The position numbers and the translations under genes were made by a program. Shown here one piece after another: positions 12,172 to 26,419 of a stretch of 64,000 bases of DNA. Source of the stretch: Eledone cirrhosa (Eukaryota); contig OZ024742.1 in assembly GCA_964016885.1 (NCBI GenBank), forward strand, positions 139,872,001 to 139,936,000, read 5' to 3'. The notes beneath the pieces are model-generated. The model did no database searches. It was given only the letters and a program-made list of their open reading frames with translations, and was not told the DNA's origin. Each line of letters opens with the position of its first letter. The stretch's first letter is position 1.

Positions 12172-14190
12172 CTATCCGTTAGGGTATAACGTGGGGCTGT
12201 AATACAGGAAAGTTTTGTGCAATTTATGTTTACAAGCCGAAATTGCCTCAGATTTTTTGTTTAAGATGTGGTCTGTGGCGTAGAGTATTTCCCAGATATA
12301 AGCTGAAAGTGACGTCATATTCCTTCTTAGAGGGTAACGAAAAGAATGGGTATGCATGTAAAGACGCTGCTTGAAACTATTGGCGGTTAACCCTATGTAG
12401 GCCCTACGGGACGTGGGTGTTACAACCTTACATTTGTAGACAATGTTACTAGAGAGGCATTTCCCGGATAGGGGGCAATCAGCCCGATTCCTACAATTAC
12501 AATTAGTACTAACTACAGGGTTGCACGTGTTCCTACGGCTAGGTAGTTTAGCTAAATTTGAAGCTGTGATGTTATGTGCAAGGTTAGGAGTCGTAGAGTA
12601 AGAAATTTTAATAGTATTTCTATTAAAAATGTTACTATATTTATGTGTAGGGGGAAAATGCTTCGTAATAAGGGAAAGAAAGATCTTAGCTAATAGTGTG
12701 GCCACCTCCATATTATATGGTGGGTTAAACCAACAAATGCGACGGGGTCTATTTCTTCTAGGTCTATTTTCGTACTCTGTATATGCTACCTTATCGACAA
12801 ATCCACTTCGAGCAAGAGCTTCATTGTAATAAGTGGAATGGTCGTTGAAAATGCGCTCGTTGGTGGAAAGACGGGAAAGTCTCAACGAAACGTTTTTTAC
12901 CAGGTTCTTGGTTATGCTGGCAGGATGGTTGGAATGCTTACTTATGTAATTAAGCGTATCATTCGGCTTTCTATACGGGTAATACAACCCATTCAATAAA
13001 TTGAGGGTAACGTCGAGGTAATTAACGACTGAGAGATTGGCCTCAACCTGTATAGAGAGGTTGAAGCCTTTAAAGAAGGCTGTGAGTTCTTTTCTGAACC
13101 TGTCGCAAGCACGAGGTCCGCACTTAGTCATGGTCAAAAGACCATCGTCACGGTACAAACCACCGCCCGCGTTGGGGAATTCGTCCTTGATAGAGAAAAG
13201 AAGGAAAAGGCCAATAAGATCAGTAACCTCCGCAGAGTCACTGGCGCCCATACTCACGTCGAATGGGGTACTATTGGATTTTTTAATCCAAATAGAGTCG
13301 TCGAAATTAATCACCGACTTTCGGGCATTAAGGATGACATCAACTTCGAAATCCTTAACCACTGTGAGTGTTTTAGCGAAATTGATAGCTCTAAGGAGAA
13401 GTGGTAAAGTGATGGAGGAGTAGTAATTGTTGATGTCGAATTGGATAAAACGGCAATGTTCCTTGTTACATATGCTGTTGAACCAATCAATCACCGCGAA
13501 AGAATTGTTCCACAGTGCGAGAGGGGCCAAACTTCTAATTTCAGGTATAATTCTATCAAGAATCGTTTTACTAAGTCTACCTAAATCGGACTTCGTAGGG
13601 TTAATAAACCGAATAGAAGGGTTGTTCGGAAAATTGGATTTGTGATCCTTCAGGGTAAAGTGGGGAGAAATAGGGTCCAGAGGTTCGGTCCGGTCCAGGA
13701 TGTTGAGATCAGATGTGATTTTAAACCCAGCATCGTTGATTTCATTGATGACACACCGATTAGTTTTACGGTAATCCTTAGTTACAGCATTATGTAGTAG
13801 TTGATGGTAAGTACTGCGCTCCATTTGATATAGGTTGCCAGTTTTGTCGGAATGGACGTGCACGGCATTAGAATCCTTAATAGAACGAATTCTATTCTTC
13901 AGGTCTTGCTGGAAGAAATTGCTCCTATTCCGAAATTTGATACTCCGAATGAGTTCCAAGACATCATTTTCGAATGGTAGCAATGCTGGGTTCCACGGAG
14001 GGTTATTATAGGTTTTAAATCCAAATTTATCCTGTTTGTTGTCTGATTTTCGCGGATTATCGAAATAAAAGGCACGCCAACGCAACCTTTTAATGAACGC
14101 GTCTGTTTTCTGTATCAGGAGTTTTAGGTATGTTTTCCTGCTTGGTACGGGTATGTTTTTTGTAGAAATATTCAGATGTTGTTTCTGCAT
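12172..14190 (-). CDS. PLE reverse transcriptase-GIY-YIG endonuclease (~672 aa from [14 protein letters not shown])
   Basis: [55 protein letters not shown] (CxCx5C), [26 protein letters not shown]; the ORF-track N-terminus is a (TA)n artefact; the EN appears to lack the W.I...C.LC..E segment seen in the other copies. Confidence 0.9.
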   Translation of the reverse strand: MQKQHLNISTKNIPVPSRKTYLKLLIQKTDAFIKRLRWRAFYFDNPRKSDNKQDKFGFKTYNNPPWNPALLPFENDVLELIRSIKFRNRSNFFQQDLKNRIRSIKDSNAVHVHSDKTGNLYQMERSTYHQLLHNAVTKDYRKTNRCVINEINDAGFKITSDLNILDRTEPLDPISPHFTLKDHKSNFPNNPSIRFINPTKSDLGRLSKTILDRIIPEIRSLAPLALWNNSFAVIDWFNSICNKEHCRFIQFDINNYYSSITLPLLLRAINFAKTLTVVKDFEVDVILNARKSVINFDDSIWIKKSNSTPFDVSMGASDSAEVTDLIGLFLLFSIKDEFPNAGGGLYRDDGLLTMTKCGPRACDRFRKELTAFFKGFNLSIQVEANLSVVNYLDVTLNLLNGLYYPYRKPNDTLNYISKHSNHPASITKNLVKNVSLRLSRLSTNERIFNDHSTYYNEALARSGFVDKVAYTEYENRPRRNRPRRICWFNPPYNMEVATLLAKIFLSLITKHFPPTHKYSNIFNRNTIKISYSTTPNLAHNITASNLAKLPSRRNTCNPVVSTNCNCRNRADCPLSGKCLSSNIVYKCKVVTPTSRRAYIGLTANSFKQRLYMHTHSFRYPLRRNMTSLSAYIWEILYATDHILNKKSEAISACKHKLHKTFLYYSPTLYPNG

Positions 14191-14250
14191 GACACAAAAA
14201 CAGATGACACAGACACAGATGTTGTTTCTGCATGATGAATTATATATATA

Positions 14251-14366
<116 letters not shown>

Positions 14367-14391
14367 AATAAATATATATATATATATAAAT

Positions 14392-14476
<85 letters not shown>

Positions 14477-14507
14477 TGTTTATAAATATATATATAAATA
14501 TATATAA

Positions 14508-14538
<31 letters not shown>

Positions 14539-16408
14539 GCGGCGATGAATTAGTTTAGCGAGGTTTTTTATATGAAATCGTGTGTCGAAACAAATATTGT
14601 TATACTTGGGGAGGGTCATATTTGTGTAATATTGCCAGAATTAATAACAGAACACACTCACTGTTTGGTTGGTTTTCGCTTCTCGCTGTCTTTTATATCT
14701 GTAATCTAGCTTACTCGGTCCTCAATGTTGCCATTGACTGACCGACGGTCAAAAATAATACAGATACAATATAGACACAAACACATATATATAGTTTACA
14801 TAATTTACATAAATCTTTCGTTGCACATCTGCAACATCGTCAGTGGTGTTATATTTTCCTCCTGTTGTGTTGTATGTCTACGCCATTTTTTATTCAGTCT
14901 GTCTATATATTTATTTATTTGCTTGTTTGTTTATTTTATTTTGTCTTCTTTGCGGATGCGTTTGCGTGTGTGTATAGTGTTATGTTTGCTGTGTGACTAG
15001 TGTGTATAGTGTTATGTTTGCTGGGTGACTAGTGTGTGTTTATGTGCTTGTTGTTATTGTGCTTGTGTATGTATTTATTTATCTTATTTTATTTACTTAT
15101 TTATACTTCTCTTAGGTCAGTGTTATTTGTTTGGGTGTTGTTGTTATTCCACTCATTCTTTCTGTTTAGCTTTGGTCTTCTAATTTCTATTTCACTGGCC
15201 TCTCTGATCTGCCTATCAGCTGGGTCATTTCTATGTTTAGATATTATTCTAATTTCTATGTTGTCTATGTTACCGTCATGTTGTTGTCTAGCATGTTCGT
15301 ATAGTACTGACCCGTTTTTTCGTCCTTTTAGTTCCCCCCAGTGTTGATCTATCCTTTCACCTATGCTACGAGCTGTCTCACCTATGTATGTTGTTGTCAT
15401 GTTTCTGCAAGTACCCTCTGTACATCTTATGCTATAGACTACGTTTCTAGTTTTACAGTTTATCCTTACATATGATACATTTCCTATTGGTACAGTGGGT
15501 TTTCTTAAAAGGGTAGGTTTTGCTGATCAGGGATTTTATGGTGGTTCCTGGCTTTTCTACCACCTTTATTTTTAAGTGGGTCTTTCTCAGGGCCTTTCTA
15601 CACTGGTTAGCTAATTTCCCTCCAGGGGTGGCGTCCACAAACATGACACTCTGGTATCTCTGGTTGTCGTACCATGATGTGGCTTTCCTTATCTTATGTC
15701 TAGCCCTATCTAAGCTATTCCATGATTTGCTCCTGTATAATGGGCAAATTCCTTTCATGTCCAGTTCTATGAGGGTCTTATACTTTTCCATGGCTCCTTC
15801 GTATACTCTGACTCTGTCTCTTTGGTTGTAGCCAGAGAACTGCATGCGGTTGATGAAGTGTTGTATGTGTCTTTCCATTTCTGTTGGGTCGCACATGCTG
15901 GACACATTCTTCATCACTCGTACCAAATCTGCGATCAGAATATTAAACTTAGCACTACTGGACATAGCTGAGTTTTTGAGTATCAGGTATTTGGAGGCCA
16001 TGGGTTTAGCATAGTGTGAGTGGAGAATTTGGGCTCTCTCGTCTATAGTGTTAATCCAGAGTTCTGTGTCTAATACAGGTAGTCTATTGTTAGGTCTATT
16101 GTTAAGGTGAATAAAAAATGGCGTAGACATACAACACAACAGGAGGAAAATATAACACCACTGACGATGTTGCAGATGTGCAACAAAAGATTTATGTAAA
16201 TTATGTAAACTATATATATGTGTTTGTGTCTATATTGTATCTGTATTATTTTTGACCGTCGGTCAGTCAATGGCAACATTGAGGACCGAGTAAGCTAGAT
16301 TACAGATATAAAAGACAGCGAGAAGCGAAAACCAACCAAACAGTGAGTGTGTTCTGTTATTAATTCTGGCAATATTACACAAATATGACTCTCCCCAAGT
16401 ATAACAAT
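14539..16408 (-). mobile_element. PLE family B (related to family A), 5'-truncated, with inverted pLTR copy at ~16100-16408
   Basis: ORF pieces 15453..16085 (RLPVLD..HYAKPM..) and 15101..15400 (YIGETARS..RQIREA); ~14600-14890 mirrored at 16100-16408. Confidence 0.85.
14807..14846 (-). ncRNA. Minimal hammerhead ribozyme-like motif (inverted copy ~16158-16197 has GAAA changed to AAAA)
   Basis: CA-CTGACGA-t-GTTGCA-gatg-TGCAAC-GAAAG-at-TTA-TG. Confidence 0.6.
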
Positions 16409-16461
16409 ATATATATATATATAAATATATATATTATATATATAAATATAAATATATATAA

Positions 16462-16537
<76 letters not shown>

Positions 16538-16688
16538 ATACTTTGGGAGGGTCATGTTGCCAATAAGAAACACACGCACCAGTTGCTTTCACTTCAATTT
16601 AATTTAATATATATTTATAAATTTACAAATTTATAAATTTCTGGTTGGTTGGTTGGTTCCACAACCAGATAGTTGTTTATATATATAT

Positions 16689-16733
16689 AGTCATAGTTCT
16701 TTCGTCACACACTCTGTGACCTCTTCAGTGACT
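16689..16733 (-). ncRNA. Minimal type I hammerhead-like motif in family A pLTR
   Basis: AGTCA-CTGAAGA-g-GTCAC-agagtgt-GTGAC-GAAAG-aa-CTA-TGACT. Confidence 0.7.
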
Positions 16734-17976
16734 GGGGATTTCTTTCTTCGTTTCTGTGCCTTTCCTTTCTTCTATCCTACGCCATTTTGTTTGTGTGTGG
16801 GTTGCGTGCTCAGTTTGCGCATGCGCCACATCCGGGTGTCTGTGTGTGTTTGTGTTCATTTTTCTATTTTTTATTTTTCTATTTATATTTGTTTGTTTAT
16901 TTATTTATTTATTGTTGGTTGGTTGTTTGTTCTATGTGTGTGTGTGTTTTCATTTTGTCTTGTGTGTGTTTTCATTTTGTGTGTGTTTTCAATTGTAAGT
17001 TGTTTGTTCTATGTGTGTGTGTGTTTTCATTTTGTCCTTAATTGTAAGTTGTGATGTTGCTGTTCCACTCATATTTTCTATTTAATTTTGGTTTTAATTC
17101 TTTTATGCTTACTGCCTCTGTAATTTGCCGAAACATTGCGTCTTTCTTGTGTGTGGATTCTATTTTTATTTCTATGCTCTCTAATTTACCCCTGTGTTCT
17201 ATCTTAGCATGTTGGTAGAGCACAGATGATTCTTTACTATCTTGGAGGTCTCGCCAGTGTTCATTTATTCGTTCCCCTATACTACGAGCTGTCTCACCTA
17301 TGTACACTATATTTTTGTTTCTACATTGTCCTTCAGTACATCTTATGCTAAGATGTACTGAAGGACAATGTAGAAACAAAAACAAACAAAAAAAAATATA
17401 TAGTGTACATAGGTGAGACAGCTCGTAGTATAGGGGAACGAATAAATGAACACTGGCGAGACCTCCAAGATAGTAAAGAATCATCTGTGCTCTACCAACA
17501 TGCTAAGATAGAACACAGGGGTAAATTAGAGAGCATAGAAATAAAAATAGAATCCACACACAAGAAAGACGCAATGTTTCGGCAAATTACAGAGGCAGTA
17601 AGCATAAAAGAATTAAAACCAAAATTAAATAGAAAATATGAGTGGAACAGCAACATCACAACTTACAATTAAGGACAAAATGAAAACACACACACACATA
17701 GAACAAACAACTTACAATTGAAAACACACACAAAATGAAAACACACACAAGACAAAATGAAAACACACACACACATAGAACAAACAACCAACCAACAATA
17801 AATAAATAAATAAACAAACAAATATAAATAGAAAAATAAAAAATAGAAAAATGAACACAAACACACACAGACACCCGGATGTGGCGCATGCGCAAACTGA
17901 GCACGCAACCCACACACAAACAAAATGGCGTAGGATAGAAGAAAGGAAAGGCACAGAAACGAAGAAAGAAATCCCC

Positions 17977-18021
17977 AGTCACTGAAGAGGTCACAGAGTG
18001 TGTGACGAAAGAACTATGACT
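17977..18021 (+). ncRNA. Minimal type I hammerhead-like motif (mirror of 16689-16733; further copies 31931-31975 -, 32437-32478 +)
   Basis: Same sequence; 5-bp stem I, 5-bp stem II, 2-bp stem III. Confidence 0.7.
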
Positions 18022-18232
18022 ATATATATATAAACAACTATCTGGTTGTGGAACCAACCAACCAACCAGAAATTTATAAATTTGTAAATTTATAAATATA
18101 TATTAAATTAAATTGAAGTGAAAGCAACTGGTGCGTGTGTTTCTTATTGGCAACATGACCCTCCCAAAGTATAACAATATCGGTTTCAACACACGATTTC
18201 AGATAAAGAATCTTGCTAAACAAATTCAGAAA

Positions 18233-18267
<35 letters not shown>

Positions 18268-19702
18268 CATTTGACTTTTATTTAACTTTATATATATATA
18301 TATATGTCCCGTAACATAGAGTTTATTTTCATCATTAATGTTTTATTATAAAATTGTGAATGTAGTTATGGAGAATACATTGATGTTTCAAAGTCGTGTT
18401 TTATTAAATTTTTTTATTTTGTTCGCGAGCGCCCATGTTTGGTTTTTGAGTAGTTCTGTGTGTTTACAGATTTACTTCCGCTTGACCGTGAAATTGATAT
18501 GGTTTTGCATAGCCGCAATTTTATTCCAGTGACCAGAGCAACAGTGCCATCAATAAATACAGCAATAGTATTGAATGTATTTAATTTTTAGAGACTAGTT
18601 GCGATATGTAGAATTTACCAGGATTACTGGATACAGACGGAATCACCTCCACATTTAGAAATATATATTTCCATAAATTAGTTATTTACATCAGAGAAAC
18701 CCTATAGTTTATCTTGATTACTGACATATAGAAATGATTAAAGGGGAAAATGATATTTTAATAATATATTTCTAGAATATATTACATAAATGTTCAGTAT
18801 ATATGGACAGATGACATACAGGGATAAATGTATGAGTAACTTAGGAGAAATAACTTTGTACAGGGCAAATATAAGATGAGAACCCAGGTCTCTATCAAGT
18901 AACGTTACTCCAAAGAACCTTCAGGGGAAACCCATTTTGACCATATGTATTCGCAATCATATTCTTTCGGCCATTACCCTAGATTCATAACCATAGGTAA
19001 GGGTTAGCACAAATACCGAATTGTTGAAGATAGCGAGTTTGGTTTTTACACCTGCCTCACTTCTTCTGCACCAGCTCCTCTAATTTTTGCACTTAATTCA
19101 GCCTCCTGCTTTCTATCACTTGTGAACATGATACTTGAACTTCTCCACCTGCTTCAGTGGAACTCCATTCACATGTAAAGTGCACTGAACTGGCTTCCAT
19201 TAGATTATATATATATGTGTGTGTATGTGTGTGTGTGTGTGTCCTGTAATATAGAGTTTATTTTTCCTTTAAAGAGATCAATGAAATAAGCCACTATCAA
19301 AATTAACAAAATTGATTGAAAACAGACGACAGTTACTATTGAAGAAATAAATACACTCACACACATATTTGTGTGTGTGTGTGTGTGTGTTGTTATTAAT
19401 ATTTTCATTCTGTAAGAATTCTAAACAATGTCTAATGTTATTTATACAAATGTAGCCGCTACACAGCCGACCACCTTCCACGCTGTGCTGCTCTCAATGG
19501 GGTCGACAAGCAGGGCTTGGATGTTGCAGGCTTCTGATCCTAGCTCAAGCCAGTGGGGCTGGATCGATTGGATGGCAAAAGTACTTAACATGTTCTTATC
19601 ATTTAGTAGGAACCTTACTTATGCATGTAAGTGCATGCACACATTCTACAAAGTCCTTAAAAATTACATCAACATCATCTATTAAAAATAAAAATAAAAC
19701 GT

Positions 19703-19784
19703 TAGCAGCAGTTGGATTCAAACCCACACCTCCACAAAGACTGGTGCTTTAAACCAACGCTTTAGACCACTTGACCACAATATC
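19703..19784 (-). pseudogene. tRNA-Leu-derived pseudogene (duplicate of 6539-6620)
   Basis: Reverse complement of the left-arm copy. Confidence 0.7.
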
Positions 19785-20382
19785 ATATGATAACTACAGC
19801 ATTTAGTTATAGTATTTCTATATTAGATTGTCATAGACAATGACAGATATGGTATTACTTCATCTCTTAATAAAAATGTGATTCGTTGCAGACCCTGTAA
19901 CAGTGGAGCCTTTCAGTGTTCTTCGCCCTACTCACTGCTATCGGAGCATAGTTGGCCGCGCAATCATGCGAGCCCCGTGGCTGTTCCATCACGTATTCCT
20001 CGCCATCCTCCGGGGCAATGTATTCTCCATCCTGTCGGCTGGGACCCAGAGGCTGTGGATAAGTTAGTTGGAGGTGGAGGATACTAGTTCTGACGTCACA
20101 CATTTCCACTTCTCGCCCCACTTTCACTCACTCTATGTATTGTGGATTGGCAGTATCGATAGAGTGTCGGAAAACATGCTTGCAGTGTAGAGTCATGGCC
20201 CTTTACGTTCTGAGTTGAAATGAAGCCGACGTTAGCATTGATTTTCATCCTTACGGGGACGATAAAATAAAGCATCTGTAATGGACTGGGGTCAATTTAA
20301 TCGACTTTCCCCTCCCCCAAAATTGCTGGTCTTGTGCCCAGAGTAGAAATCATAATGAGGGCAATATGAAAAAAGAAAGTAT

Positions 20383-20464
20383 TTGCAATGGTGGGATTCA
20401 AACCCACATCTCCAAAGAGACTGGTGCCTACAACCAGAATCTTAGACCACTTGGCCACACTACC
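20383..20464 (-). pseudogene. tRNA-Leu(TAG)-like pseudogene (duplicate of 5859-5940)
   Basis: Reverse complement with a few differences (GGTTTGAATCC T-loop). Confidence 0.7.
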
Positions 20465-21249
20465 AGCTGTTGAAAACAATATTCAGTTATCGTATTTGTA
20501 CATTAGTTAGTAATAGAGAGTCACAGTGGATGCGTTACTTCATCTTCCAACAATGTTTCACTACAAATCACTCAACTGAATCTGATACAAGATTCTCCAT
20601 TCCATATCTGTTATTTTTATATTGTGTTTAGTTCCAGGTTACTCGAGATATGATTTTCAACTTGCACTTGATAGGTTTGATACCAAGATTGTCAATGAGC
20701 AGTGATGATTATTGTACAATTTTTAAAGAGTTTAGAATTTTAATTTTGAAATATATTTCATATTATTATGTAAGTAAAGTCTCAACATGTGTTGGAGATT
20801 GCAGAGTGTGCTTGTTCTTTTTTACATTGTTACACAACATCTTTTGTTGAACTTTGGATATTGTTTTGTGGTTAAACCAGCCAGGATTTTTGTGACCTGT
20901 TGGTTTTCTTCCAACTGTAGCCCTTTGGGGTTAAGTCTATTGTTTATTGCACAAAATAACTCATCCACAGAAAAGAACTGCCAGCTGTCCACAAAATTAA
21001 ACAGCTAGTCCAGAAGACATTAATATAATGGTAGTGCCCTAGCATGACCTGAACTTGTTGACTGGAACACGTAATGTAGTAAAAAGCAACAACAACACCA
21101 TCAATGCACTGGAGGTTTGATGACCCCGCCACTATCACCACAACAACAAAAATAACCAACATAAACAAACAACAACAACAAACTAGTGAAAAAAATTAAC
21201 AACACCAACAACAACAAAAACTTTTTTGGACATTGCTTGTACAATAAAA

Positions 21250-23800
21250 GAAATGTTTCTACAAGCACTGGAAAACAAAAACTGCGAATTGGCTGAAGCT
21301 AATTTTTTTTTTTATTTGAAGGCAGCAAGGCTACAGTAATAGTTCTAGTGGCAGAACAGTGTACTATTGATGTGAATCTCAGCAAAGCAGAAGACAAAAA
21401 CCTGCAATGGCCATTCAAGTCAGGGTCCACTTCAAAAGTGAGGACCTCATAAAAAATGTGCCTGTGGTTCCTCATTAGAGTGATGAGTTTTTCCTGTATC
21501 CAACCTACTGTTAGATTTAGGACAGTGCTTGTTTCACCGGGTCTGAATATCTAGTGGATCTTGCCTGTGTTGTCCTTGAGGACTCAGACACACTCATCAA
21601 AATAAATTGCAGTAACAGACAAAACTGGAGCTTCTGCTTTAGGTAAAGCCAGAAAACAGAGAAAATCCTGGACCTTATACAGCTGCCCAATGGGGCATGG
21701 ATAACAAAAAGCCAAAATGTCATCTGTGTGTAGCCACAAGCCACTTAAGAGCCTTCTCCCCCCCCCCCCCCCCTATTAGGAAACACAAGGCTTCTGATAC
21801 TACCAAGACAGCGGGCCTGAACAACAGCAACAACAACAATAGTATGCCATAACTGCAGTAACATCAACACCAACAACAGTGGTGGCAGGAACACCAAGAA
21901 AATCAACAGCAGACAGAAACAACACCAACAACTACATCAGAGGCTGTAAAGCCAACAAGACCAGCAGCTGCAACAATAACAACAACAAAAGCAGCTGAGA
22001 CAACAACAGCACGATTAGTACCATCAACATCAACAAGAAAAAACAACAGAAAAGACCATCAACAAAACAAGTTCTCCTTATCCTTCAGACATACACGCAT
22101 AGACTCATACACAAACACACTTCCTCCCATATCTGACTCAGAATTCTCAGACACAGGTAACTCCTCATCTTGTAGTGAGGCAAGGGGGTTATCACAAAAA
22201 TGCAAAAGACAAAAAAAAAGTGACATGGGAAAAATTCCCAAAAGACATCCTGTCTCACCCCAGAAATTACAATAAACACACCCACACCATACACTGACAC
22301 ATCCACAGCAACACAAACTCCACCACAACAGCAACCATCAACACCAACAAAAACAACCCTATCACAACTAAAAATCTATACAAGAACAACACAAAATACA
22401 GAATCAAAAGCAACTGACCATGCACACACACTACCAAACTTTGTGATAGTGAGAACAAATGAAAAACTAATGGCCTTCTGAACACAAGGAGGGACAGATT
22501 TTTAGTATCAGCATGTGAAGGTGACAAATAATCTTAAAATAGTTAGAATGTCTCTAGAGACATATCAATCAATGAGGGAGAGCTTCCATCATATGACATC
22601 AGGGCCCAGAGTGTGAAAGCCACTAGCAGACTTCTAAAAGGGTTCCCTAAAGAACCTCAAACAGACTTAGAAATCAAACAACCTGATCTCCAACTGCACC
22701 AAGAGGGTAAATAGACATCACGGTTATGTTGCTTGGGGTCTGGTTTGGTCAGGACGTCCAGGTGGATAGGAACTGTGATGAGGTAATGAGCAAGGTAGTC
22801 AACCCAGAAATTAGCTAAGAGGAAGCTATCCCTGAAAGGTAGGGTAGAAGTGGCAAATGTGTACATCACTTCATCTATTACCCACTGACCGTTGTACCTT
22901 TCCAAAGTCTGTACCTCACTAGATTAGAGAGCATGTGCTTTCACTTCTTGTGAAAGGGATAGGTTCCAATGGTGAGGCAGTCAATTTGCTGCCAATTCCC
23001 TTTACACAGAAGGCTGGGTATACTGTAGCTGATGATATGCAAACATGCCCTGAGGCTATGATATTTGGAGATATTTCTAAATGATGTACAGGTATGGTAG
23101 CCATTTGTCAAGCACATCTTTCAGCAGCTCATCTCTTCGATTGAACTTGGGACTAGGGGAGACTGAGACTCACAGCCCTCTACTTATGGGCAATGTGATT
23201 GGTGGAAGTTTCACATTAGCGTTTTATAGAGGACAGGTGTAGGCAAGTGCAACACTCTTGGGGAGATTCTAAGCATTGAAGAGAACAAATTGTCCAGACT
23301 GTTCCAGGGGACTTTCAGTCCAAGGCCTATGGATAATTTCTAAAAATCCCTGGCCTAACAGTGCTACTGGGAGCACTACTGGTATGAGACACACCCTACA
23401 AGCACAGAAGTGTTGTCTGACAGACTTGTCGATGATGTGCGCAGAGCAGTGAAACCTTTCTGTACGTACTCGCCCAGTGCCCGGGCATTACTGAATTGTT
23501 GAGCTATCATCATATGTAGGAGGGATCCAGCTATTGGCTGATGCCATTGTGTAGATTGCCCCGTCACCTTCTTTTGGCCAGGAAGGGCAGGTAATTTTCC
23601 CCTGGTGGTGGACACGACTGAAAGGATTGAAGACAAACATGTTTCTCTTTAGCCAAGCCTTTATCAACTTTGTCAAATTCCACTTGGAAAGGAAGGTGAA
23701 GGTGGAGAGGGAAATGCTACAACTCAATTCATTTGTTAAAAGGTGGGTGAATGTAACGAGGATGGCTCAAGTGAATGGGTCTATTCTGAGCATGTGCCTG
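21250..23800 (+). mobile_element. Highly decayed LINE relic, possibly L1/Tx1-like
   Basis: Coding-like composition, (CAA)-rich linker, C-terminal segment FINFVKFHLERKVKVERE..FVKRW reminiscent of Tx1 ORF2 ends; no clean motif. Confidence 0.3.
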
Positions 23801-23936
23801 TAGGTGGAGAGTGTATAGAGGAAAGGGAGACTTTCTCATGATACTAACACAATTATTGGAAGTAATCAATTACCTGAACACTATACACAATAATTTCATT
23901 ATTATCATTATTAATCAATTAAAATTATACCCATGG

Positions 23937-24097
23937 TAATAATTGTTTCTACTTTTGGCACAAGGCCACCTATGGTAATAATTGTTTCTACTTTAGGCAC
24001 AAGGCCAGCAATTATCCCAGTGCATTACTGGTACTTTATTTTATCGACCCCGTAAGGATGAAAGGCAAAGTCAACCTCGGTGGGATTTGAACTCAGT
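23937..24097 (-). mobile_element. SINE fragment
   Basis: B-box-like GAGTTCAAATCC plus the shared core and tail. Confidence 0.65.
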
Positions 24098-24355
24098 AAT
24101 AATAAAAAGAGACTGGTAATATATTCTACGCAGGAAATGAAGTCAGGGGAGACAACCTACAAATATTCCTTGCTTTAAATGAATAAAAAATAGCATTGAC
24201 TATATAATTGTAAAGAGGTGTTGTGTTTTTTAATTGACCTCTCTGTACATATCTGGTACTTAATTGATTACCCCGGGTGGGTGAAGGCAAAGTCAAATTT
24301 GTCATGGTTTTAAGTACAATTAATTACAACCTGATATTTTGTTTACCTTTCTAAA

Positions 24356-24870
24356 TAGGCCGAGGGTGTCTTGGCATCACTCAGCAAGACCTTTGTTAGC
24401 CGCTCTCCAGCCATCTATTTAAAGCTGTATACAGCTATGGTACGACCACACTTGGAATTCGCATGATCAGTCAGGAACCCCTATCTTGCTCAGAATATTG
24501 ACCTCCTGGAAACTGTTCAGAGACGTGTAACCAAGCGCATACCCTCCATCAGACACCTACCATACTCTGAACGCCTTGCTTCCCTGGGCATAGATTCATT
24601 GAAGCTCCGACGTCTGGCAATGGACTTGGTAAACACCCACAAAGTTATTAACCATCTCGCCAACAACAACCCTGAGCACCTTTTTGAACTCCATGTGTCT
24701 AACACACGTGGACATGCCTACAAAATCAGAAAACAGCACAGCTTCCATGACTTTCGGAAACATTTTTTCACGCTTAGAGTTGCTGAAGCATGGAACAAAC
24801 TGCCTGCATCAGTTGTTAGCTGCCAAGACACTGCTACCTTAAAACCCTCATGCTTCCCGAAATTCGAAAA
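24356..24870 (+). mobile_element. CR1-clade LINE 3' fragment
   Basis: LYTAMVRPHLEFA..VQRR..LPYSERL..TRGH..FFTLRVAEAWNKL. Confidence 0.85.
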
Positions 24871-25802
24871 ACTGAAAATTTGACAAGATAATGCCACTAT
24901 TTTTCACAAAACAAGAAACACAGCCGCATAATTTGACAGGACATTCATTCACACAAGTTGGATCATGCGAAATAAGTTATCTTTTGTTCTAGCAGCAGTT
25001 CGTTTGTCCATCAATCTTGCTTGCCTTTTGCTGTTTGTAGCCCTAGATGTGTGTATTACCTGCTTGTGTGTTTTTAAAACGTAGTTGTAATGTTATTCAT
25101 AATATTAATTACATTTATATGTCAAGACGTTTTAATAACACTTTTTCAAGTTCTTAATGATTTTCCTGCTCAAAGAATCAGTGTAAGCCCATCTTTTCCG
25201 AAAAATCTGGCTATGAGCAAATGGCAAAGAGGCAATTTTATTTTATAAAAAAGTTGATCACATGAAACTCTACAGTGTTCTTATTAAAAGGTATTCCGTT
25301 ATTTATCATTATTGTTCAATGTGTTATACAAATTTCAAATTTCATAAAGCGATGTAAAACAAACATAAATGTAAAGTAACATTATAAATGCACAAATATG
25401 TGAAAATAAACATCTATTTATTTTGAATATGCCATAGAATACACATAGATGTATATTCTATGGCATATCTTAGCAGTATCGTTTTAAACTTCGTGTGTTC
25501 CTTGTCTTTCTTCAACACACCTTACCTCTGACATTTCTGTTGGTTGGAGACAGAGAGTCTGTTTTCTTTTCGACATTGGCAGATCATCTGCCATACATCA
25601 AAACCCTAGAGACAACACATTAATACACACACTCATTTTCTAGATAACACAGTTGAACCAAGGTACCAGAGCCATATAGTCACAAGCAACATCCCTCGGC
25701 TCTGCCTGCTGGCAGGGCCACAAGAAATAGCAGCCAGCCACTTCTGTAAGGCAAGTTACCTTTATCACTGCACACATACATTCATCCTACCCAAACATAT
25801 GA

Positions 25803-26158
25803 TAATAATGAAACTATTGTGTACAGTGCTCAAGTGCACTACAACTTATCAAAGGTGCATGTATAGTACATAGAATAATGTACAAATGTCAGGAAAATGA
25901 ACAGTGTATGAGTCATGAAATACATGTGCGTGCGTGTATGGATGGGGGATATCAGGTATAGTGTTAGAGAATTTCAGAAAGGATGGAGGTTTTAAAGGAT
26001 GCAGTGTCTCGGCAGCTAACAACTGATGCAGGTAGTTTGTTCCATGCTGCAGCAACTCTGAGCGTGAAAAAATGTTTCCGAAAGTCATGGGAGCTGTGCT
26101 GTTTTCTGACTTTGTAGGCATGCCCACGTGGAAATCAAAAAGGTGCTCAGGGTTGTTA
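25803..26158 (-). mobile_element. CR1-clade LINE 3' end with (ATT)n tail
   Basis: Reverse complement of the family at 24356 and 39857. Confidence 0.8.
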
Positions 26159-26419
26159 CATTCCTTGTGTAACACAAATTCTTATTGTTTGTTGTTCATA
26201 TCTTTTGGCTATAACAAAATGTTAAATCATGTGTTTCCGTCATGAAATGCATCACAACAAATCTCATATAAATGTAGCAGGTTTTTTCGTTGTTCTTCCA
26301 TAAATCTAGCAATAAGATTGGGGAAATCACTTTCCCCATGAATAAAACACATTTGTTTTCCAACAGGTGTATACATTGGTTACCTATTGCAATTATCTAC
26401 AACCAATACATATCATCAA

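Larger units (their letters stand above)
11172..14240 (-). mobile_element. Near full-length Hydra-clade-like PLE inserted in (TA)n
   Basis: Single RT-EN ORF, ~1-kb 3' region ending in an HHR-like motif, (TA)n on both sides. Confidence 0.85.
16531..18235. mobile_element. Fold-back (head-to-head) pair of PLE family A 3' ends, ~1.65-kb palindrome centred near 17347
   Basis: Identical GIY-YIG C-terminus on both strands (17038..17484-, 17403..17672+); mirror ORFs throughout. Confidence 0.9.
18262..21093. repeat. Right arm of the inverted duplication (partner 5231-8113)
   Basis: Reverse complement of 5231-8113 with scattered substitutions and small indels. Confidence 0.92.
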
